In this document: positions 50,579 through 64,000 of the stretch, piece after piece | Layout of the letters: every line of letters begins with the position of its first letter | How positions within the stretch are numbered: the stretch's first letter is position 1 | Source of the DNA: Tricharina praecox | Lineage: Eukaryota | Length of the DNA: 64,000 bases | Assembly (NCBI RefSeq): GCF_024521635.1 | Contig: NW_026250412.1 | Coordinates: 124,001 to 188,000 of the forward strand | Direction: 5' to 3' | Translations under genes and position numbers: made by a program | Notes under the pieces: model-generated | Told to the model about the DNA's origin: nothing | What the model saw: only the letters and a program-made list of their open reading frames with translations | Databases searched by the model: none

Positions 50579-52083
50579 ACTTCACCATCACCAAGCAATG
50601 GCATTAACTACCCATGGCGCATGTCCGTGCTATGTACTTCCAGACTTCTATTAGTACCGCCACCCGCCACAACACGCGCGCCACTCCCGCCCATCAAGCC
50701 ACAGCGCATAACCACCCATCAAAAGGTGTCAAAAATGGTTCCTCCACCCGCAGCGCAGCTTATTTCACTAGCGTCGGGGCCGGAGTTGAACGAGTCAGCC
50801 TTGCGCTTGGCTGTAGTTAAGGGCAGGGGGGGGGGGAGGGGTGCCCCCCCGGTGGGTGGAGTAGTTGAGCTGGGCTAGGGTTTGAAGACGATCAAGGCAT
50901 GAGGTCTTCGACGGTGGGAGGACTTCGAGGGACGGAGGGAGGGAGGGAGGAGATGGTGGGAATACTATGGCCTGGTGGACGTGTCCATCCTTCGGGCTCG
51001 CCTGGCGGTCGCCTGGGAGAAGCTCTCGGAGGAGTAGGAGGAGGAGGAGGAGGAGGAGGAGGACGAAAACAAGGACGAAGACGAGGAGGCGCGAGCGCGG
51101 CGGCGGCGGGCAGAGAATCGAGAATCGAGATGGTGTGGTGAGGTTCATACCTCGAACCTGATGCCGCATACGAAACGTGCGATGGGCATTCTACGACGTA
51201 CGGGTGCCGAGCGATATCCGCACGAGCTCGAAGGCCGTGTCGTTTCTCTCTCTCTCTCGCGGACGGAGGATGTGGTTGAATTCTTCACGACTGCGGTGCC
51301 GCTCGGTCACCCAGAATCAGGGCATGGATGCTGATGGCGATGGAGGGGGGCCCTGGCCCTGGCTCTTGCGTGCAGATGTTGATACTCTACATACTCCAAG
51401 CTGGAGCGGACTACAGGGAGAGTTGGGTAGAGTACATATCTAGAGCCTGTAGGTAGAGTACATGCCACCCTGCATGGAGCTACGGGGTGGACTCTCGAGG
51501 GTTGGGAAGTATCTGGCCGTCCGTTTGTCTACAGAGGAGGAGGAGGAGGAGGAGGAGGAGGGGAGGAGGGGAGGAGGGGAGGAGGAGGAGGACGACGAGG
51601 AAGAAGCCAAGGAAGCAGTTTCCCGTCCGTGGCGACATGAGCATGCACTCGGCGCTCGAGTTCCGACAGATTCCAAGCCCGCCCGGCCAAGGTGATGTTC
51701 GAACGTCGCATGCAATCAACGATCAAACAGTAGGCCAAGGCGATGTAGATATATATGTCCGGATTGAATGCGGGCACGCAGTGACTCGTGAGTGTGAGTG
51801 TCGAGAAACGAACGTCCACGGCCGTGGGCCGCGTGTATGTAGAGCACGAGCAGCCGGTGTGTATGATGTACCTGGAGCAAGGCATACTTCTTCCCTCCCA
51901 CCCACCCACCGCGTCAGTATGATATGTGTGATGGCTGTCGTTGCGGAGCGAGCACTTACGGATTGTATGGGTGGGCACTTGGCAAGTACTCTATCGCCCA
52001 CCATTCACTCTCGTGGGTTCATCGTACATCAGTGATGTCCATATGCTTGGATTGTTGCTTCGCGAAAGCTCATCGTGCATCAT

Positions 52084-52337
52084 GCTGTTATTGTGAAGTC
52101 GATTCCTGGGTCACCACTCACCGAAAGCTCTTCATCTATCGTGCTGCCACCGTGAAGTTTCTATTCCATTCTTCTGGATTCCCACTCCCCGAAAACCCAT
52201 CATCCATATTGCTGCCACCGTGAAGTCTCTATTCCCTGATCATCACTTCCCGAAAGCCCACCGTCCATCATTCTACCACCTCGAAGTCTATACTCTGTTC
52301 TCATCCTTTCGGATCCCCACTCCCTGAAAGCCCACCT
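52084..52337. repeat. Degenerate ~60-75-bp tandem array (~4 copies)
   Basis: Recurring GCTGCCACCGTGAAGT.T.TATTCC ... CACT(C/T)CC(C/T)GAAAGCCCA blocks. Confidence 0.8.
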
Positions 52338-53489
52338 CTTCCGCCGTCTCCCTCCCATCTCTTCCGCCGTCTCCCTCCACCGTCCCCTCCCACCATCCCC
52401 TCACCCGTTCCATTCTGCCTCCTCTCCGAAAAATACCTCCATCCTCCTCCATCACAAACCTCACCCCCCAGCATCGTGCAGAGTCGAGTCAAAGTCCCCC
52501 TTCCCTGCCCCAGCCAATCCGAGTAAGTTGGCCCCCTCCAAACCCTGGCGAATTTCAACCCTGGCTCACCATCCACCCACCACCCACCACCATCCTCTCC
52601 CACCCACCTCCTCCCCCAGCCAACTGCGCTACCTACACACTTGCACACTTGCACTCTGCACTCTGCACTCTGCACACTTGCACCCTTACACCGCACCCCT
52701 ACTCGTCCGCCAGAGCCCAACCAAAGCCAGCCCAATCCCAATCCCACCGTGTCAACCTCTCTCCATCCGCCGCCGCTTCTGCTGCTGCTACAGAGTAGCA
52801 TCTATCGAACTATTTGCTCGCTCACCAGTTCTGACTTGCTTCCCTTCCCGAAACGGTCGATCCATAGCTTCACCATCCTCCTCCTCCACCACATCCTCAT
52901 CCTCCTCTTCCTCCTCAACCTCCATCACTCCCCCCTCCCTCATTACACAATACCACTACCTCTATTGCCTCTACTAGAGTACTCACACTCCGAAACCTCG
53001 AATAGATACTCCCCTCCGTTCGTTCGTTGACATCCATCCACCCTCCTCCATCCATCCAAAGCCACCCCCCGGCCAGCCCACTACGTACTCGTACGCTACA
53101 TACCGCGAATCCTGCTTGCCTGCTTGCTGCGCGTGTGTGTGCCTGCCTGCCTGCCCGCCACATTACTGCACTACATACTACACCATTACTATTACCACCC
53201 ACCTCCACCACTACCACCCACCTCCCTCCACCACTACCACCCACCTCCACCCACCACTACTCTCACTACCTCCCACTCCACCTTACCCCCCCCAACCCAG
53301 CCCAGCTTCCTCAGCTATATTTCTCTTCCTCTTCACTATCCTCCTCCGCTTCGTCTCGCCCATCGCCGCTCCCGCTTCGAGATCCGTTGTATTTCGAAGC
53401 AAAACCCAAAAAGACTAAAGCCTAGTGCTCATCCGTCGTCTCCTACCCTTCGCCGAGTCTGCTCCGCTGTTCACCCCGTAAACGGCTCT

Positions 53490-53520
<31 letters not shown>

Positions 53521-54369
53521 CCCCGTCAACCGTAGACAGCAACTGCAAACCAACAACAAAGAACAACATCATCGCATCCGCAGTCCTCGCTCTCCCACCA
53601 CTCGAAACCCCCGTGCGTTTACTGCTGGTCCTGTAATCGAACGCTCCGCCAGACTCTCCATGACGGCCATCGCTCCCTGAAAATCTCTCAGTAATACCAC
53701 TACCAACCAGAATTCCCGGACCCACCCTCCTCCCCATCGCGGCGTGCTGTACGGTTGTGTTGTTCGTATCGCCTATTCTCCTCCCAACTCGGTCGCGCTG
53801 CAGTTCGAGGTCAGCGACTTCGGTGCGTCGAATCACTCTGCTCGCCCAGCTGAGACCCCACTCACACTTCATTTCTGGTTACTTTAGTAGGCACCCTTCC
53901 TATCCACCCACTCGAGCCGTTTCGCCTTCGCTTCGGATTTATTGCCCGTCATTCGCACGCTCGCTCGTTCTCACACACCCATTCACGCTCGCACCCACAC
54001 ACCTCGCCCACCACCACCACCACCACCACCACCTCCACCACACATCACACCCACCACACATCGCGCCCACAGCACATCCGTAACTTCTGCGCGCCATCAC
54101 GCCGAGTCCACTTGTTACGCTACGCCAGTGACGATCGACACGCCCACCCGCCCAAGGTTGCTCTTCTCGTCGCTACTCGAACTACCTTTGGTCTTTTATG
54201 GCTAGTCGGAGTTAAAAAAAAACACCCCCCTCCATAACGCAACAGATCAGTCCCGACATACCTACTCGCGTTTAACGGACCTGGATCATCGTATCAACCC
54301 CCCCAGTCCCAGTCCCGGGCCACTGCTTTCCTCTGCAGCGGGAGCTACGGTGCTGAAAAAGAAGAAGAT

Positions 54370-59391
<5,022 letters not shown>

Positions 59392-60318
59392 TCTCCATTT
59401 TCTTCTTCATTCTTTGGGATGCTTGTTTACGGGGAAGAGGATGGGCATATACGGTGGGGATGGGCGTATACGGTGGGGATGGGCGTTTTTTACTGTAATC
59501 TTTGTGCCATTTCACTTTTCGATTCTTCATTGATTGTTTGGTTTGATTTTTTTGCTTCTTTCATTTTGCGGGCGTATGGGCGGCGAAGGGGATGGGGTAA
59601 TTTTTTGTTTCGTGGCTTTGAATGTGATTTGCATTTTGATTGTGGACTGTGATTGACTGGTTGACGAAAATGGACTGGACCTGACGGGACGGGATCGGGA
59701 TGTATTGATTGATGTGATGTGGGAATACCTATGGAATCTGGATAGTGTGGGATACCTATGAATACTGTGGGAGGGAGGGGAGGGAGGGGAGGGAGGGCTG
59801 AGGGGAGGGAGGGGGAGTGTGTGATAGGTGATTGAGCGCTCTAGTTAGAGTACTCTAGGGAGCTGGGAGTACCAATTAGTTGGTTTTGATAATGAGATCG
59901 GTTTGAGATCAACTTAGACGGGGTGGGGGGGACTGAGGACTGAGGACTATCCTGTAGAGTACTGAATCCAGCTTATCTACATACCCAGTACCTGTGTAAA
60001 CCCCACGGCGAAGCTGTGTACTGTGTAACCCCCCGCCGTGCACCCAGGTCCCACCTGCCAGTTGTTAGCGTGGCCGCCACGCTTCGATCGACCAGCGCGT
60101 CGGGCCTGGGTGTGCACTGCACGATCACCGCGTCGGCGTCTTTGGCGCATCCAACCCAACCCATCCCAACCCAACCCAACCCAACCCATATACCATCTCG
60201 ATGCCTCACGCCGACCCTCACGACGACACACAACGACCTTCACGACCCTCACGACCCTCACGACCCACCACCACCTCCACCTCCCCTGCCACCAACCCAT
60301 CGTAAACGCGAACCGGCC

Positions 60319-62991
60319 ATGAACCTGCACCCCCCCTCAACAGCACAATCCGCCAGCTGGCTACTCGTGCTGACACTCGTCTCGGAGGCGCACGCGTTTC
60401 CGCTGTTTACGTATCTTACTGCCGCGGTGGCTTGGGGGGTTGTTTATACTGCTATCTACGTTGCTACGGGGAGTACGACGAGCACGAGCGCCGCCGACAC
60501 CGACGCCGCTGCAGGGCTGATGGAGGAGAGCTGGGAGAGCAGCAGCTGGAGCAGCTGGAACTGGAGCTGGGGATGGAAGTGGAAACGCAAATGGCAGCCC
60601 GCCCTCCTCGCCACTTGCGCCTTTGCCGCGGAAACGGGACGTTCTGCCGGGGGAGCTGGGGGAGCGGGCGCAGCAGCAGCACTGGTCCCCGTTCTCCTTG
60701 CCGCCGCATGGGGGAGGGCCGGCTGGAAACTCACTGCCGCTGCGGGGGTTGTAGGGGTGGCGGGGGTGTGTGCGCTCGGGACTGAGGATTTAGTCGCGGT
60801 GGTGCTACGAGCGGCGGGGACAGCGGGGGTGTTATGGGTACTCGAGCGGGAAGTGATTGAGCTGGGTGAGCACTTCCGGCTACTACAAGACGCGGCAGCG
60901 TACCTGATCCCCGCGCTATTACTCGCCAGCGTGGTGGTCGAAGACCTACTGGGCGATGTTACCTTGTGGCGGGGCAGCGGATGGCGGTCGCTGGCAGTGC
61001 TGAATGCGGGCGGTCTTGGGGCAGTGGCGGCCAGGGTTGCGACTGTCGCCGCGGTCGACGCGCTGCGCTGCGGGATCGTGCCCGTGCTTGTTGTTCGCAC
61101 TGCTGGCATGGGCGTGGCGGGCGTGCACCTCGTTGCGGCGCTCGTGTTCGCGCTGTGGACTGCGTGGGAGGCTGCGGCGGCCGCGGCGAGTGCTCTCGCG
61201 CTCGTGGCGATGCTGGTCGTGGCGGGCGGACACGTGGGTAGGGCGCACACGGCCGTGCTGGTGTGTTGCGTGGTCGGGCTGGCGGTGGTGCTGTTCGGAG
61301 AGGGGGACGGGGGTGGGCCCGGCGCAAGGCCGGAAAAGGTCACGTCGACGAGCGGGCATCCGATCCCTTTGCTGATCGCGGCGGCCGAGGAGCGGTACTA
61401 CAGCATGCGGGGGCGGCAGAGCCGCACGCTCGCGGAGGCGGTAGTGGAGTACAAGCGGCGGTACGGGATGTTGCCGCCGCCGCACTTCGACGCGTGGTGG
61501 GCGTTTGCGCGGGCGCGCAACGTGGTGTTGGTCGATGAGTACGACAGCATATACCACTCGCTCAAGCCGTTTTGGGGGCTGCCGCCCGACGAGATCCGGA
61601 GGCGTGCGCGCGCCGCGATGGGGTATCGGGATGATCTGCTCATGAAGAATAATCGGCTGCTCCACGCGTATATACGTGGTGGAAAGGTAGAGGTTGGAGG
61701 GCAGGGACAGGATTGGCAGAAAAAGGCGACGAGGGATATGCTAAGCGGCTTTGCTAGGTGGCTGCCGGATATGGACTTGCCGTTTAATATTCATGACGAG
61801 CCGAGGGTCATGGTGCCGTTCGATGCCCTGCAGAAGCATCTCGCCGATGCAGAGAAGGAGATTGCGAAGCTGGATCTCAGGAAGGGAAAGAGCAGGAATT
61901 CGTTCACGCCGCTGAGCAGGGAGGAGAAATCCATGCCCCCCGTGTACCACAAGACGTCGTTCACCGGCTTCGCGCACTCCTCCATCTTCGCTCACTCGAC
62001 GCTCTCCTGTCCGCCGGACTCCCCCGTGCGCCAGCCACACCACACGAAAGAGGACCATCCATCGGGCCAGCTGCTGGGCTTCATCGTCAACGCCACGTCG
62101 TCATCCGACATCTGCCTGTCGCCGAGCCTCGAGCACCGCCACGGCTTCTTCGACCGCCCCAACACCTTCAACGTGGTCAAGTCGCTGTACCCGGTGTTCT
62201 CGCAGAGCAAGGTCTCGTCCTACGGCGACATCGTCTACCCCTCGCCGTGGTACTGGGCGCACAAGGTGCCGTACGACGAGCACCGCGACCTGCCCTGGGA
62301 CCGCAAGGTCCAAAAGCTGTACTGGCGCGGCTCCACGACCGGCGGGTTCTCGCGCAACGGCGGCTGGAAGCGGCACCACCGCCAGCGCGTCGTCTCCGTC
62401 ATCGACGCCTCTGACACGGCTTTGATCCTGGAGCGCACCCCCACCCCCAACAGCACCCTCACCCCCACCAACAGTACAACCTGGCACACAACCCGCGTTC
62501 CGCGCGAAAGCCTACGGTCCTTATTCAACGTATACTTCAGCCACATCGGCCAGTGCACGCCGTCCGACTGTTCCATACAATCCCGGTTCTTCCATCTCGC
62601 GCCCGTCGCCGCGCAGCACTCGGCCTGGGCGTGGAAATACCTACTAGACATGGACGGCAACGCGTTCTCGGGACGCTACCACGCATTCCTCAAGTCCCGC
62701 TCCGTGGTGTTCAAGCTCGCGGTGTTCCGCGAGTCGCACGATGAGTGGCTGCATCCGTGGGTACATTACGTGCCGCTGAGTCTCCAGCTCGACGAGGTCG
62801 CAGAGATCATGCGCTTTTTTAGGTATGAGCCTGAGGGCGAGGTGTTTGCTAGCAGGATTGCAAGGGAGAGTAGAAGCTGGGCCCGCAGGACCCTAAGGAG
62901 GCAGGATTTGGAGGTCTGGATGTTTAGACTGCTGCTCGAGTATGCCAGGGTTACGGATAAGGGGAGGGGGAGTGTTGGGTTTGCGGGGTAG
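60319..62991 (+). CDS. Glycosyltransferase family 90 (CAP10/Cxt1-like xylosyltransferase) with a hydrophobic multi-TM N-terminus, ~890 aa
   Basis: HPI..LI, QSRTLAEAVVEYKRRYGMLPPPHFDAW, LPDMDLPFNIHDEPRV, LYWRGSTTGG, HRQR, KYLLDMDGNAFSGRY and PWVHYVP. The start and any N-terminal introns are uncertain. Confidence 0.92.
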   Translation: MNLHPPSTAQSASWLLVLTLVSEAHAFPLFTYLTAAVAWGVVYTAIYVATGSTTSTSAADTDAAAGLMEESWESSSWSSWNWSWGWKWKRKWQPALLATCAFAAETGRSAGGAGGAGAAAALVPVLLAAAWGRAGWKLTAAAGVVGVAGVCALGTEDLVAVVLRAAGTAGVLWVLEREVIELGEHFRLLQDAAAYLIPALLLASVVVEDLLGDVTLWRGSGWRSLAVLNAGGLGAVAARVATVAAVDALRCGIVPVLVVRTAGMGVAGVHLVAALVFALWTAWEAAAAAASALALVAMLVVAGGHVGRAHTAVLVCCVVGLAVVLFGEGDGGGPGARPEKVTSTSGHPIPLLIAAAEERYYSMRGRQSRTLAEAVVEYKRRYGMLPPPHFDAWWAFARARNVVLVDEYDSIYHSLKPFWGLPPDEIRRRARAAMGYRDDLLMKNNRLLHAYIRGGKVEVGGQGQDWQKKATRDMLSGFARWLPDMDLPFNIHDEPRVMVPFDALQKHLADAEKEIAKLDLRKGKSRNSFTPLSREEKSMPPVYHKTSFTGFAHSSIFAHSTLSCPPDSPVRQPHHTKEDHPSGQLLGFIVNATSSSDICLSPSLEHRHGFFDRPNTFNVVKSLYPVFSQSKVSSYGDIVYPSPWYWAHKVPYDEHRDLPWDRKVQKLYWRGSTTGGFSRNGGWKRHHRQRVVSVIDASDTALILERTPTPNSTLTPTNSTTWHTTRVPRESLRSLFNVYFSHIGQCTPSDCSIQSRFFHLAPVAAQHSAWAWKYLLDMDGNAFSGRYHAFLKSRSVVFKLAVFRESHDEWLHPWVHYVPLSLQLDEVAEIMRFFRYEPEGEVFASRIARESRSWARRTLRRQDLEVWMFRLLLEYARVTDKGRGSVGFAG

Positions 62992-63204
62992 GGGCGCGAT
63001 ATGATGGTACATCGAGTTGTGAGTTATGATTGGATGATATCATGAGTTTGGGTATAGACGTTTTTCTCGAATATAAATATACACACGCGCGCACACACTT
63101 GCTATCCATTGACTACCACACAATACCTAATGTACATCAAACCACTAATTACTCCATGGGATATCACTATTTACCTACCCCCTCCCCAAAGCCCAAACCA
63201 CGAA

Positions 63205-64000
63205 TCAATGCCCAAACTCCTCAACATGAATCGACACATCTCTCCCGTGCATGCCCTGTCTCGCAACCGCCCTCTTTACCACCGCCGCCATAGCAGCAGG
63301 CGCACACACCATTACCGCGGTACTCCCCCCGTTCCCCCCGCTCCCCCCGCCCCCCTCGCCAGCGCGCAAAACCGTCTCACCAACCATCTTCGCCAAGTTC
63401 GGTCTTCCGCGCTCAATCCGGTGCCTATCCAGCCCCAGCCGTACCAGCGCGTCGAGGGCGCCGTCCGCCGTACCATCACCCGTACCATCCCCCGCACCAT
63501 CCCCCGCCGTTGCCGCAGTGGAGGAGAGCAGGCCTTCCGTCATCTCCACGCCCTCCTCGTCCCCATGGACATCACTTGTGGCGGCGGTGCCAGTGGGATT
63601 GGTGATAAACAACTCCACGCACCCCGCGACCCCGGGGTACTCCAGCGCCCACGCCGCTTCGGCGGGTGATTTGACGGCCCATATGAACCGCACCTTCCCT
63701 CTCCCCCACTCGCCCTCCCTGTTGCTGGTGGTGGAGAGCTGCAGCAGCCGCACCACCCACCCCACAGCAAACGTAGCGCCCACGCCGCCCGCGATGAACA
63801 ACACGTTATCCACGTCGTCGAAGCTGTCCAGCCTCGGCGTGGTCGGGCCGAATGGCATATCAATCGTCACCTGCACAGGCCTTCCATTGGCAGTGGTGCG
63901 GAGGGCGAGTGCGGCGAGGCGCCTCGTCGTCCCGCCGCGGACACGGGCTATGAGGCGGATCTGCTTTCCGCCGCCGCCGCTGCTGTTACTACTACTGGGG
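63205..64000 (-). CDS. Ferric reductase-like oxidoreductase, C-terminal FAD/NAD(P)H-binding region (5' part outside window)
   Basis: The frame is open to the window edge: IRLIARVRGGTT, VTIDMPFG, VLFIAGGVGATF, VRFIWAVK, GRPNL, VMVCAPAAM and HVEEFGH*. Confidence 0.88.
   Translation of the reverse strand, partial: PSSSNSSGGGGKQIRLIARVRGGTTRRLAALALRTTANGRPVQVTIDMPFGPTTPRLDSFDDVDNVLFIAGGVGATFAVGWVVRLLQLSTTSNREGEWGRGKVRFIWAVKSPAEAAWALEYPGVAGCVELFITNPTGTAATSDVHGDEEGVEMTEGLLSSTAATAGDGAGDGTGDGTADGALDALVRLGLDRHRIERGRPNLAKMVGETVLRAGEGGGGSGGNGGSTAVMVCAPAAMAAVVKRAVARQGMHGRDVSIHVEEFGH

Overview
Eukaryotic genomic DNA from a filamentous ascomycete fungus (short GT-AG introns with CTRAY branch points; Pezizomycotina, possibly Pezizomycetes, which is an inference). 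I reconstructed 15 conserved protein-coding genes by eye, most with exon-intron structures that keep frame: a DUF3602/Par32-like GRGGAGN-repeat protein with a 10-nt microexon, a RecQ helicase with a RecQ4-like C-terminus, a small ankyrin protein, RPL16 (uL13), an ALKBH6-like dioxygenase, a DFG10-like polyprenol reductase, a Hos4-like ankyrin protein, a head-to-head RPL36/RPS12 pair, an LMBR1-domain membrane protein, GRR1, an ACC-synthase-like PLP enzyme, a Med15/Gal11-like coactivator, a GT90 (CAP10/Cxt1-like) glycosyltransferase and the 3' end of a ferric reductase. Three intronless orphan ORFs with Cys-based putative zinc motifs flank the RecQ gene. Non-coding DNA holds a 50-bp minisatellite, two degenerate tandem arrays, many microsatellites, a 10.7-kb gene desert, long ATG-depleted leaders with uORFs, and a frequent TAGGTA/TACCTA motif. 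I found no tRNA, rRNA, CRISPR array or recognisable transposon. All family calls come from motif recognition, not database searches.
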